A stretch of 64,000 bases of DNA from an uncultured Armatimonadetes bacterium (GCA_963716175.1 OY970296.1:3648001-3712000); one strand, 5' to 3'; positions 50,480 through 60,353 are shown, counted from the first letter of the stretch. Numbers and translations are program-made. Notes: generated by a model not told the origin, from the letters alone.

Positions 50480-51821
50480 ATGGCCAGCCATCCGGAGCAA
50501 GTGCAGTATGTGCTCAGCAAGGCGAAGGAGCACGACGTCAAGTTCATACGCTTCTGGTTCACGGATATCCTCGGCTTCCTGAAGAGCTTCGCCATCACCG
50601 TCGAGGAGCTGGAGCTCTCCCTGGTGGAGGGGCAGGGGTTCGACGGGTCATCCATCCAGGGTTTCGCCAGGATTGACGAGAGCGATATGATCGCCATGCC
50701 AGACCCCAGCACATTCGCGGTGCTGCCCTGGCGACCGCGGGAGGGAGGCGCGGTGGCGCGCATGTTCTGCGACATCCTGGAGCCCGATGGAACCCCCTAT
50801 GTCGGCGATCCCCGCTATGTGCTCAAGCGCGCCCTGCAGCGTGCCGCCGATATGGGGTTCACTTACTATGTAGGGCCTGAGCTGGAGTACTTCTACCTGC
50901 GCGATGCCGAGCGCGTCGCCCCAGACCCTCGACCAGGGCGGCTACTTCGACCTCACGCCGCTGGACGTGGCCAGCGACCTGAGGCGACAGACCGTGCTCA
51001 CGCTGGAGGAGATGGGGATCGGGGTGGAGTACAGCCACCACGAGGTGGCGCCCAGCCAGCACGAGATCGATCTGCGCTACACCGACGCCCTCACCATGGC
51101 CGACAATGCCATGACCTACCGCCTGGTGGTGAAGGAGGTGGCCATGAAGCACGGAGTTTACGCCACCTTCATGCCCAAGCCCATCTTCGGCCAGAACGGA
51201 AGCGGGATGCATACCCATCAGTCCCTGTTCCGCGGCGACAAGAACGCCTTCTTCGATCCGCAGGCCGAGGCCCATCTCTCCCAGACCGCGCTGCAGTTCA
51301 TCGCCGGATTGCTCCACCACGCCCGTGAGATCACCCTGGTCACCAACCAGTGGGTGAACAGCTTCAAGCGGCTGGTGCCGGGATACGAGGCGCCGATTTA
51401 CCTCTCCTGGGCGCGGCGCAATCGCTCCGATCTCATCCGGGTGCCGGTCTACAAGCCCGGCAAAGAGAAGGCCACGCGCATCGAGTACCGCGCCCCGGAC
51501 CCGGCCTGCAATCCTTACCTGGCGTTCGCCGTGATGCTGACGGCCGGGCTGGAGGGAATCGAGAAGGGATATCAGTGCCCTGCCCCGGTGGAGCGGAATG
51601 TCTACGAGATGAGCGGGGAGGAGCGCCTCCGCGCGGGCATCGGCCAGCTTCCCGGCGACCTCTTAGAGGCGATCGAGGTGGCCGAGTCCAGCGACCTGGT
51701 GCGGCGTGCCCTGGGAGACCACGTTTTCGAGAAGTTCATCGCCAACAAAACGATCGAGTGGAACAACTATCGCTCCCAGGTCACGGCCTACGAGCTGGAG
51801 CGCTACTTGCCTATCCTTTGA
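50480..51821 (+). CDS. glnA: Glutamine synthetase type I (frameshift near 50909)
   Basis: FTDILG, FDGSSI.GF, GPELEYF, then in the next frame [31 protein letters not shown]. Confidence 0.96.
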
Positions 51822-51838
51822 ACCAGGGGGAAGCCCGG

Positions 51839-52646
51839 ATGCCCGTCGCTCTGCGCATTGATGCCGAGCAGGCAGCGGCACGGATCAAGACCTTCGTCCA
51901 CGCCCGGGTCACCCGCGCCGGCGCGGCCGGCGGGGTGTTGGGGCTCTCCGGGGGCCTGGACTCGGCGACGGTCGCCTACCTCGCGGTCGGGGCCCTGGGC
52001 CCGGACCGCGTCTCGGCCTCTCCTCCTCCCCTATCGCACCAGCAGCGCGGCCAGTGCGGCCGACGCGCACCTGATCGCTGACATGCTTCAGTTACCGCTC
52101 ACTGTGCTCGATGTCACGCCGCAGATAGAGGACTACTTCCGCGAGATCAGACAGCACACTCCTCTGCGCATCGGCAACAAGGTCGCTCGCGAACGCATGA
52201 GCATTCTCTACGACCAGGCGAAGGCCCGCGGTGCTCTGGTGCTGGGCACAGGGAATCGCAGCGAGCGCTTGCTCGGATACACCACCCTCTGGGGAGACAT
52301 GGCCTGCGATCTCGCGCCATTGGGTGGTCTCTACAAGACCCAGGTGCGACAGCTCGCCGTCGCACTCGGCGTCCCGGCTCAGATCGTTGACAAGGTGCCC
52401 ACAGCCGACCTCTGGCCCGGCCAGACCGACGAGGCGGAGTTGGGCATCAGCTACCAGAGAGCGGACGAGCTACTGCATCTGCTGGTGGAGCGTCGCTTGA
52501 GAGAACATGATGTCGTAGCTCTCGGCTATCAGCAAGCAGAAGTCCGCCAGGTCCGCCGGCTGATGCGAGCAAGCACCCACAAGCGGCGCCTGCCGCCCTC
52601 TCCTCCTGCTGGAGTGCAAGTACTGCCAGGGGAAGCCGAGCGCTGA
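51839..52646 (+). CDS. nadE: NH3-dependent NAD+ synthetase (frameshift near 52013)
   Basis: GLSGGLDS, then in the next frame [39 protein letters not shown]. Confidence 0.95.
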
Positions 52647-52692
52647 ACGGGCGCAGCCTGGTGGTGTCAATCAGGCAGGACGCCGGCCAGGG

Positions 52693-55197
52693 TTACCGCG
52701 AGCTGTCGGTCTGGCCCCCCCGAGAGACGGAGCGCCTGTTGGTCGGCTTCGCGCCCTCGGCGTCCACTGGCGGGAGCTTGCGGGGACCTGGCCCACCGAC
52801 GGGGGCTTCCACCGCAGCCAGTGCCTGGCCGGGTGCGCTGGGCGAGGCTTCAGCGGCGGCAGGCGGGGGCTCGGGCCCTGCTTCCCGAGGGGCCGCGGTT
52901 TGGCTGAGCAGAGCGGCCTGGCGGCTGAGATTCTTATCGGAGTACATAGCGCGGTCGGCGAAGGCGATGAGGCCATCGGGGTCCTTGGCATCGCCGGGGA
53001 AAGTGGCTACCCCGAAGGAAGCGCTGAGGGCGAGGCCGCGGCCGCCGGCCTGCAACCCGGCCTCTCGCAGGCCGCGCTTGATGCGATTGGCGGTTTCCAC
53101 CGCCTTCTGGTTCGTCGTGTCGGGCAGGATGATGAAGAACTCGTCGCCAGCATAGCGGACCACCGTGTCATAGTCCCGGACGTACCGTTTGGAAACCTCG
53201 GCCATGGTGCGCAGCGCGCGATCCCCTTGCTGATGGCCGAAGTTATCGTTGATCTGCTTCAGGTTGTTCAGATCAATGGCGAGCAGGGACACGGGAGTCT
53301 TGTCTCGCCGGGCCCGACTCAGTTCCTGATCGAGATGCATGAAGAAGTAGCGAGCATTGGCGAGACCGGTGAGCTCATCGGTGAGCGCGGTTTGCCGGGT
53401 CTGCTCTTGCTGTCGAGCGTTGTTGATGGCGCTGCTGGCCTGGCCCGCGACGGCGACGATGAGGCGGGCGTCGTCCTCGGTGAAGGGCCGGTCGCTGGCT
53501 CGGTAGAGAGTGAGGGCCCCGATGGGCCGCGAACTCACAGCGGGCGCCTCCCCTTCCTCCCCGCCGGCCGCGGAGGGCGGGCCCTGGTCTGGGGAGAGGG
53601 AGGATTCCCCGAGCCCCTCCGCCGCGGCCTCGGCCTGAGCAGGCTCGGCCTCGTCATCGCAGCCAAGAGGTGCGGAGAGCACCTCGGTGAGGGCGCACTT
53701 GAGGGCGGTGGGCCCCAGCAGCAGCACGAGATCGTCGCCTGCGGCGGCGCCCAACCCGGAGGACACACCTTGCTGTGCCACCCGGCCGCTGACTCCACTG
53801 CCCATGGGCAGGCGCCGGCCCAGGATGAGATTGGAGTAAGGCCCGGAGGCGGCCATCGCCTGCAGGTTGCCATTCTCCGTGTGCCGGAGGAAGATGACGC
53901 AGGTGGCGAAGTCTATGATCGGCTTGGTCTTGGAGATGATGAGGTCGAGCGTCTCCTGGACATTGAGGGATTGGCCCATGGTCTGAACGATCTCGTAGAG
54001 CGCGAGCAGCTCCTGATGGGCTTGCCTGATGTCCATAAAGATGGCGCGCCGCCCTGGCGTGTCTTGGGCCGCCTGGGGGAGAGAGCTGGCATCGAAGATG
54101 AAGCCGAACCGGTTGCTGGCCTGCTGCGCGGCCAAGACGCGGAAGCAGGTGTTCAGAATATCTGCATCAAACTGCGTGCCGGAACGCTCGCGAAGGAAGG
54201 TGACCGCGTCCTGAACGGTCATGGCCGGACGGTAAGGACGATGGGAGAGCAGGGCATCGTACACGTCCGCCACTGTCAGGATGCGAGCGGCAAGCGGGAT
54301 CTGGTCCCCGGCGAGGCCATCCGGATAGCCTGTGCCGTCGTACCATTCATGGTGGCTGCGGATGATGGGGATCACCGGCCAGGGGAACTGGACTGGCTCC
54401 AGGATGGCTGCGCCCACCAGGGTGTGAGTCTCGACCTTCTTCATCTCCTCGGGGGTGAGGTGACCGGGCTTGGAGAGGATGTAATCCGGGACCGCGAGCT
54501 TGCCGATATCGTGGAGCATGGCCGCCGTCTCCAGCGCCTGCAGCTCATCGTCGGAAAACCCGAGATCCTCCCCCATCAAGCGCGCGATCTGGCGGACGCG
54601 TTCGGTATGCCCGTGCGTGTGCTGATCCTTGGCATCTATCGCCATGGCAAAGGAGGCGATCACCGCGGAGTTGATCCGGGCCAGCTCGTGCGCCCGTTGC
54701 CAGTCCTGAGTGAGGGCGATGACGCCTCGGCGAGCGCGGTACTGGCAGAAGGCGAGCGCCAATAGCACCACCAGGGCAAAACCAAGCAGCAGCCCCGCGG
54801 GGAGATTGAGGGATGACTTCGAGCCCAGCAGAAGCAGAGCAGCTCCGCCGGCGGAGGCACCAGCGGCCGCCAGCACGAGGGAGAGTGCGGTCAAGAAGAC
54901 AGGAGAAGCGGCTTCACCGGGGCGCTCCACTCGGTGATCGGTCCGGTGCGCGGCGGAGGGATCGGCTTGAGTCGGCCCAGGCCCGGAGCGTGGGCCAGCC
55001 AAGCCGGTCTTATCGTCGCGGCCGCTGAGCTGCTGCAGCTTTTCACTCATCTGCCGACTCCGCTCGTGCCCGGGCGCGGGCCCAGCCCGCGCTTCCTCAC
55101 CCCCATCTGGCGGCACGTACGAGGTTCGCTCGTTCTCGCCCGCGGGGGTTTGGTGGCCTCCCGGCAGATTCTTGCTTGCTCGGCGCTCCCTCGCCAT
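52693..55197 (-). CDS. Membrane-anchored HD-GYP + GAF + GGDEF protein (start may be 55050)
   Basis: Two TM helices; HDIGK and HHEWYDGTGYP; GAF; DELTGL, NDNFGH, YAGDEF. Confidence 0.9.
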   Translation of the reverse strand: MARERRASKNLPGGHQTPAGENERTSYVPPDGGEEARAGPAPGHERSRQMSEKLQQLSGRDDKTGLAGPRSGPGPTQADPSAAHRTDHRVERPGEAASPVFLTALSLVLAAAGASAGGAALLLLGSKSSLNLPAGLLLGFALVVLLALAFCQYRARRGVIALTQDWQRAHELARINSAVIASFAMAIDAKDQHTHGHTERVRQIARLMGEDLGFSDDELQALETAAMLHDIGKLAVPDYILSKPGHLTPEEMKKVETHTLVGAAILEPVQFPWPVIPIIRSHHEWYDGTGYPDGLAGDQIPLAARILTVADVYDALLSHRPYRPAMTVQDAVTFLRERSGTQFDADILNTCFRVLAAQQASNRFGFIFDASSLPQAAQDTPGRRAIFMDIRQAHQELLALYEIVQTMGQSLNVQETLDLIISKTKPIIDFATCVIFLRHTENGNLQAMAASGPYSNLILGRRLPMGSGVSGRVAQQGVSSGLGAAAGDDLVLLLGPTALKCALTEVLSAPLGCDDEAEPAQAEAAAEGLGESSLSPDQGPPSAAGGEEGEAPAVSSRPIGALTLYRASDRPFTEDDARLIVAVAGQASSAINNARQQEQTRQTALTDELTGLANARYFFMHLDQELSRARRDKTPVSLLAIDLNNLKQINDNFGHQQGDRALRTMAEVSKRYVRDYDTVVRYAGDEFFIILPDTTNQKAVETANRIKRGLREAGLQAGGRGLALSASFGVATFPGDAKDPDGLIAFADRAMYSDKNLSRQAALLSQTAAPREAGPEPPPAAAEASPSAPGQALAAVEAPVGGPGPRKLPPVDAEGAKPTNRRSVSRGGQTDSSR

Positions 55198-55216
55198 GGC
55201 TTCGGAGCGTCGGCAA

Positions 55217-55309
55217 CTTTCTTCGGCGGCCTGGCAGTCAAGGCCCTAGTGGGCCATAGACCCATGGCTTTGCGTCCGCGTCTTTCGGCGCGTTTGCCTT
55301 TTCGGAAAG
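55217..55309 (-). ncRNA. c-di-GMP-I (GEMM) riboswitch
   Basis: Minus strand reads AAAGGCAAACGCGCCGAAAGACGCGGACGCAAAGCCATGGGTCTATGG...TGACTGCCAGGCCGCCGAA, matching the GEMM-I consensus (GGCAAAC, GAAA tetraloop, GGACGCAAAGC). Confidence 0.85.
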
Positions 55310-55554
55310 CATCCAGCAGGAATCGGGCGCTGCTGTCGTCCTCCGCTTTTGGGTCACTACCTATGATCATTGTTCCACAGTGCGTCGGCCCAGATGAGAT
55401 GGAGACCAGCGGGATCGGTGCTGCGCCTCGCAGATGCCACAAGACGTGTCCCCAGGGGGACGTGTGACGAGCCCAGACGCAAGCAGCGTCTTGCGCTTGC
55501 GCCGCCTCGAGCCGGGCCGAGACTGACTCGTGAAGCCACTCACGAGACGGCACA

Positions 55555-56469
55555 TCAGTCCCGACGCCGATCCATCACAAACTGGTTGCCCTCCAGCGCC
55601 TTGGCATAGCCCTTGACCTCGGCCGCAATCTCCGTGAGGTGAAGGTAGCCGGAGATCCGCCTCAGGGCGCTGTTCACCCCACCGATGGAGACCGTCATGA
55701 GCGGGTAACGGGTAGGCTCACCGCGCCGGCTGGGGGCCTCGATGTAGCCTCGCGCCGCATCCTCTTCCGAATACAGCGTGGGCACCTGGGCGGCCAATCC
55801 CGAGATGATGCGGCGGGCCAGCTGGGCGTGGTCGGAGGCGGTGGTGACAAGGGCGAAGTCGTCACCTCCGATGTGGACGCACAGATCGCTCGGCGTCCCA
55901 AACTCCTTCGCCGCCGCCACGACTTCCCGACCCAGCAGGCGGATGGCGATATCGCCTCGCCCGAAACCATAGACATCGTTGTAGGGCTTGAAGTTGTCCA
56001 GGTCGAGGTAGAAGAAAACGAAGCGCTCGCCGGCAGCAAGCCTCCGCTCCACCTCCTGGCGGAGCACTGGGCTGCCGGGCAAGCCAGTCAGAGCGCTGAC
56101 GGGCGTGCGGGCCTGGGCGAAGAGAACGGCCTGCATGAGATGTCGCAGCAGCGCCTCCGGGCCCAGGCTCTTGGCGCCTTGCGGCAAGGTCACCCGCACC
56201 TGGCCGGGATCGCTGCTCGGCTCCTCCCCGGCCGGGGTGATCAGGAAGATGGACTGGGCCACCCCCAGCCGCCGTAGCTGGTCCGCCAGCGCCTTGGCGG
56301 TGTCAGTCTCCCCCGTGACGGCCACCAACTCCGGCCGCGCGCGGGCCAGCCGCTCGGCCAGCTCCGCGGTGCCCGTGCTCCACAGAGTCTCGCCTCGCAG
56401 TTCAATATTGAAGTGAGTGAGCTGCGCCTTCCCCGACTCCACGATCAAGACCGCAAACGTTTCGGCCAT
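55555..56469 (-). CDS. GGDEF-domain protein with degenerate receiver-like N-terminus
   Basis: LTGLPG, YLDLDNFKPYNDVYGF..GD, HIGGDDF. Confidence 0.88.
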   Translation of the reverse strand: MAETFAVLIVESGKAQLTHFNIELRGETLWSTGTAELAERLARARPELVAVTGETDTAKALADQLRRLGVAQSIFLITPAGEEPSSDPGQVRVTLPQGAKSLGPEALLRHLMQAVLFAQARTPVSALTGLPGSPVLRQEVERRLAAGERFVFFYLDLDNFKPYNDVYGFGRGDIAIRLLGREVVAAAKEFGTPSDLCVHIGGDDFALVTTASDHAQLARRIISGLAAQVPTLYSEEDAARGYIEAPSRRGEPTRYPLMTVSIGGVNSALRRISGYLHLTEIAAEVKGYAKALEGNQFVMDRRRD

Positions 56470-57120
56470 CGGGCCACCGCCTTTGTGCGTTATTCCACGA
56501 ACAGAGGCCAAGCCCGCCGGCCTTCCGGGACCAGCCGGCGCTCCGGTCGCCCTCTCCTGTCACGGCATCCGCGCAAGAACCACCGGCCTTTGATCGTGGA
56601 CCCTGGCCCAATCGTGGAACGAGACTCTCTAGAGTACGGTGGAGGCTAAATCCGCTTCGTCCTGGTGAGGCACGGCCGGGAGAGGCGGTTTTTTGTGACG
56701 CTTGGCTCCAAAGGAAAGGCCGGAGCCGTTGTGCCATAGCAAGCCTGGTCAAGGCCTCACTGGCGCTTGCGGCGAGGATGGCAGAGGCATCTCACAGTTC
56801 AGGGATCTGTGGGCCGAAGGCCTGCTCACTGCTGTCATCCTCGCCCTCACCCAACGAGGCCCGCTAGGCGGCTCTCAGGCCGCACTGATTCTGCCCTCTC
56901 GAGGTCCGGCGCCTCTTGTAGGTCGGGCAGGTTAGGCTTCACTCCGAGCGCAGCCCGGACGCCTGCCCGCCGCTGGCAAGCGCAGGCACGCTCGGCCTAC
57001 GGAAGCCACACCCAGCCAGGCTCCTCTTCCCGCAGCGCCCTCGTTTTCTGCTATACTTGGCTGCCAGCGGTGGCATGGAATGGTCTTCGCCGCGGCCGCG
57101 GCGGGCGAAAGGGGTTCCGC

Positions 57121-57801
57121 ATGAGAGCTCACCAAGTCGAGATACCAGTGAACCTGCGTTCCGCGGTCGGCAAGAGCGCCGCCCGGCGGCTGCGGGCAGC
57201 GGGCCAGATCCCCGCGGTGATCTACGGTCGCGGCATTGGAAGCCAGCCGGTGTCAGTGGATGCCGCCACCTTCAGCCGGGCCGTGCCCGAAGGCGCCTGG
57301 TTCTCTACTCTGCTTCAGCTTCGCGTGGAGGGAGAAGAGGACGCGGCTGCCAGGCCCTCGGTGATGATCGCCGAGGTGCAGCAGGACCCGGTGCGGCAGC
57401 GGCTCCTGAGCATAGATTTCCACCGGATTTCGCTGCGGGAGAAGGTGCACACCCATGTGCCCGTCATCCACGTGAAGCAGAGTCCGGGGGTGAGGCGGGG
57501 AGGCATTCTGGAGCACATCAGCCACGAGGTGACAGTGGAGTGCTTGCCGGCTGAGATCCCGGATCACCTGGAGGCCGATATCTCCGGGCTGGAGATCGGA
57601 GACGCCATCCGGGTCAAGGACCTGGAGCTCCCACCCGGGGTCCGCATCCTGTCCCCGTCGGATGACATCGTGTTCCTGGTGGCTCCACCGGTGCGGATCG
57701 AGGAGGTGGCGGCGCCGGCGGCGGAAGAGGGCGCGGTGGTGCCCGAGAAGGCCGAGCCAGAAGTGATCCGCGAGCGGGAGTCTCGGGAGTCAGAAGGGTA
57801 G
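57121..57801 (+). CDS. rplY: 50S ribosomal protein L25/Ctc
   Basis: GKSAARRLR..GQIPAVIYG, IDF, acidic tail; TGcTATACT upstream. Confidence 0.96.
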   Translation: MRAHQVEIPVNLRSAVGKSAARRLRAAGQIPAVIYGRGIGSQPVSVDAATFSRAVPEGAWFSTLLQLRVEGEEDAAARPSVMIAEVQQDPVRQRLLSIDFHRISLREKVHTHVPVIHVKQSPGVRRGGILEHISHEVTVECLPAEIPDHLEADISGLEIGDAIRVKDLELPPGVRILSPSDDIVFLVAPPVRIEEVAAPAAEEGAVVPEKAEPEVIRERESRESEG

Positions 57802-57871
57802 GGGGCAGCCCTTCGCGGCTCAGAGCAAAGGATACCAGCCGGCCCGCGTGGCGGTCGGCGGAGAGGGCCGC

Positions 57872-58000
57872 CTAGCCCAGGCCGGGCCGCTCTTGCTGTT
57901 CCTTCTCACGCTTCTCTTTGCGCCGGTCCTTGATGCTCTTCTTGGGCTTCTTCTTCTCTTTCTTTAGGTGCCTCTTGTCGCCACCCCTGAAGCTGCCCAT
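57872..58000 (-). CDS. Small basic protein (42 aa), absent from ORF track
   Basis: SD GGAGGT; MGSFRGGDKRHLKKEKKKPKKSIKDRRKEKREKEQQERPGLG. Confidence 0.65.
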   Translation of the reverse strand: MGSFRGGDKRHLKKEKKKPKKSIKDRRKEKREKEQQERPGLG

Positions 58001-58030
58001 CTGGCCGCACCTCCAAGCGGTAGGATACCA

Positions 58031-58996
58031 CTACTTCTTGTCATCTTGCCAATAGTGGCCGAACAGAGTTGACACCGAGACCTGTTCATGCACCCTGCGG
58101 ATCGCCTCCGCCAGGACGGGTGCGATGGACAGCACGCGGATCTTGGGGCGCCGCTTGCTCTCCGGCAGAGGAATAGTGTCGGTGACCACCACCTCCTTGA
58201 GCGGCGAAGCCTGCAGGCGATCGGCTGCATCTCCGGAGAAGACGGCGTGAGTGGCGTAGGCATAGATCTCCGAGGCCCCCCGCTCGGCCACTGCTTCCGC
58301 GGCGGAGACGATGGAGCCGCCGGTGTCGATCATATCGTCCACCAGCACCGCCCGCTTCCCGGTCAGCTCGCCGATCAGCTGGAGAATCTCGACCCGGTTG
58401 ATGTCCGGCCGGCGCTTGGCGATAATGGCCAGGGAAGCGTTCACCCGGTCGGCCAGCGCCGTCGCGGTGGCCACTCCTCCCACGTCCGGCGAGACCACGA
58501 CCGTGTCCGGCCCGGCCAGCGAGCGGCGCATGAGATCTTCCGCCAGAATCGGGCCTGCGGGAAGATGATCCACCGGGATATCGAAGAACCCCTGGATGGC
58601 CTGGGCGTGCAGGTCCACGGTCAGGATGCGGTCGGCGCCGGCCACCGAGATCAGATCGGCCACCAGCTTGCCCGTGATGGGCTCCCGGGGCTTGATCTTC
58701 TTCTCCTGGCGCGCATACCCGTAGTAGGGGATCACCGCCGTCGTCCGGCGCGCCGAGGCCCGTTTCAGTGCGTCCAGGATGATCAGCAGCTCCATCACGT
58801 TCTCGGAGCTGGGAGGGCAGGTGGGCTGGATCACGAAGACGTCCGCACCCCGTACGCTCTCCTCGATCCTCACCCAGATCTCGCCGTCCTCGAAGCGCCC
58901 CACCTCCATCTTCGAGGGAGCCAGGCCCAGGTGAGCGATGATGGCCTGGGCCAGGCCAGGGTTAGCATTCCCGCTCAGGATGCGCAGCTCGTCCAT
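58031..58996 (-). CDS. prs: Ribose-phosphate pyrophosphokinase
   Basis: FEDGEI, PYYGYARQ, DLHA..IQGFF, SPDVGG, VDDMIDTGGS. Confidence 0.97.
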   Translation of the reverse strand: MDELRILSGNANPGLAQAIIAHLGLAPSKMEVGRFEDGEIWVRIEESVRGADVFVIQPTCPPSSENVMELLIILDALKRASARRTTAVIPYYGYARQEKKIKPREPITGKLVADLISVAGADRILTVDLHAQAIQGFFDIPVDHLPAGPILAEDLMRRSLAGPDTVVVSPDVGGVATATALADRVNASLAIIAKRRPDINRVEILQLIGELTGKRAVLVDDMIDTGGSIVSAAEAVAERGASEIYAYATHAVFSGDAADRLQASPLKEVVVTDTIPLPESKRRPKIRVLSIAPVLAEAIRRVHEQVSVSTLFGHYWQDDKK

Positions 58997-59119
58997 ATGC
59001 TCCCCAACACGGCCCGCAACCATGCGGGCCGTCCACCTCGCCTCCCGAAGCTCGAGAGCCCGCCGGCCCGCCCAGTCCGCAGGGCCCCTGGGGCCTCTGG
59101 GAGCGACCCGGGCGCAGCC

Positions 59120-59923
59120 CTAGCTGAAGTAATCGTGCGCTGCCGATATGTCCTGGGCGCGCGCGAGGTCTTCCGCCGTATCCACGCCCATCCCCGCCTC
59201 CCACGCCTCGACGGCCACGGCTTCCACTCGTTCTCCCCGCGCCACCAGCAGGCCAATCACATCCGTCAGGTAGTACTGCCCCTGGGCATTATCGTTCTTC
59301 ACCTGGGCCAGCATTTCAAACAGCAGCGGGGCCTCGAAGCAGTAGACCCCGACGTTGATCTCCCGGATCTGCAGTTGCTCCGGGCCGGCATCGCGCGCCT
59401 CCACGATGCCCGCCACCCAGCCCTCCGGGCTCCGCAGGATCCGGCCCAGGGTGCCTGGATCCTGGAAATGCGCGGTGAGCAAAGTGGTGGCGGCCCCGGT
59501 TGCCATGTGGCGCTCCACCAGCCGAGCCACGTCGTGTTCCCGGAGCAGTGGGAGATCGGCATAAGCGACGATCACCGGGCCGGTGTAACCCGCCAGGGCA
59601 GCGGCCGCGCAGCCCACAGCATGGCCGGTGCCCAGTTGCTCCTCCTGCACTACGTACTCGACATCGTTGCCGATGGCCGCCTGCACATCGCTGGCGCGAT
59701 GGCCTACCACCGCGATCACGCGGGAAGCCCCTGCCTTGCGCACAGCCGCGATCACCCGCGCCGCCATCGCTCGGCCGTTCACGGGGACGGCCGCCTTTGG
59801 CTGAATGGTCTTCATGCGGGTGCCCTTGCCAGCGGCCAGGATTACTGCGGGGATATTCCGCGGACGGAGCGCCCTGGGCCGGCGCTCCTTGGATGCTCTT
59901 GCTCTGACTTGTCCTGTGCTCAC
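59120..59923 (-). CDS. glmU: GlmU N-terminal uridyltransferase domain only
   Basis: ILAAGKGTRMK, QLGTGHA, EINVGVY, NAQGQYYLTD; stops at 267 aa with no hexapeptide domain. Confidence 0.85.
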   Translation of the reverse strand: MSTGQVRARASKERRPRALRPRNIPAVILAAGKGTRMKTIQPKAAVPVNGRAMAARVIAAVRKAGASRVIAVVGHRASDVQAAIGNDVEYVVQEEQLGTGHAVGCAAAALAGYTGPVIVAYADLPLLREHDVARLVERHMATGAATTLLTAHFQDPGTLGRILRSPEGWVAGIVEARDAGPEQLQIREINVGVYCFEAPLLFEMLAQVKNDNAQGQYYLTDVIGLLVARGERVEAVAVEAWEAGMGVDTAEDLARAQDISAAHDYFS

Positions 59924-60194
59924 CCAAGAACCTTTCTGTTTGCGAGGCGCGCCCGACGGCGATCCTGATTCACAGAGCCGCCTGGCACTCCCCCTGACTG
60001 TAGCTGCGGCGACAATCTTCCCTGGGCACCGCGCCTCAGGTCGCCCCTCCCTGGCTGCGACTGCGATGCCCAGCCCTCCCGTGCCCTGCTCCTAGTCCGT
60101 TCGCTGCCTCTCCCTCCGCGCGTTGATCTGACCGCGGCCTGACCTCTCAGCGACCCTGGCGTCCATTGCCCTGGCCCTGCATCCTCCGTCGTCC

Positions 60195-60269
60195 TGGCTG
60201 CCGGGCCAGGACTCGAACCTGGAAGGGCGGCTCCAAAGGCCGCTGTGTTGCCAATTACACCACCCGGCA
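60195..60269 (-). tRNA. tRNA-Gln (TTG)
   Basis: 75-nt cloverleaf: TGCCGGG acceptor stem, GCGGC-CTTTGGA-GCCGC anticodon arm, GGTTCGAGTCC T-arm, encoded CCA. Confidence 0.97.
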
Positions 60270-60315
60270 GGACTGCCCCGGCCGCCTGGCACCGCGAGGC
60301 GAGCTGTCGGCCCTG

Positions 60316-60345
60316 ATTCTAACAAGCTACGCGGCGGCGCGTCAA
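60316..60345 (-). promoter_or_regulatory. sigma70-type promoter of tRNA-Gln-glmU-prs
   Basis: TTGACG-18-TAGAAT with extended TG. Confidence 0.7.
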
Positions 60346-60353
60346 TGCGCTTC

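Noticed and set aside
50900-50920. Programmed frameshifting or true pseudogenes in glnA, argS, nadE, fabD and others
   Set aside because: No slippery heptamers, several genes are essential, and the indel contexts are stereotyped, so sequencing error is the simpler explanation.
56520-57050. Long intergenic region between the GGDEF gene and rplY
   Set aside because: Divergent promoter region with no recognisable RNA motif or convincing ORF by eye; an Rfam scan would settle it.
59925-60194. glmS ribozyme or other leader RNA before glmU
   Set aside because: Core consensus not found; appears to be a GC-rich spacer after the tRNA.
60195-60269. tRNA as an integration site
   Set aside because: No integrase and no duplicated tRNA 3' end seen; tRNA-Gln-glmU-prs synteny is intact.
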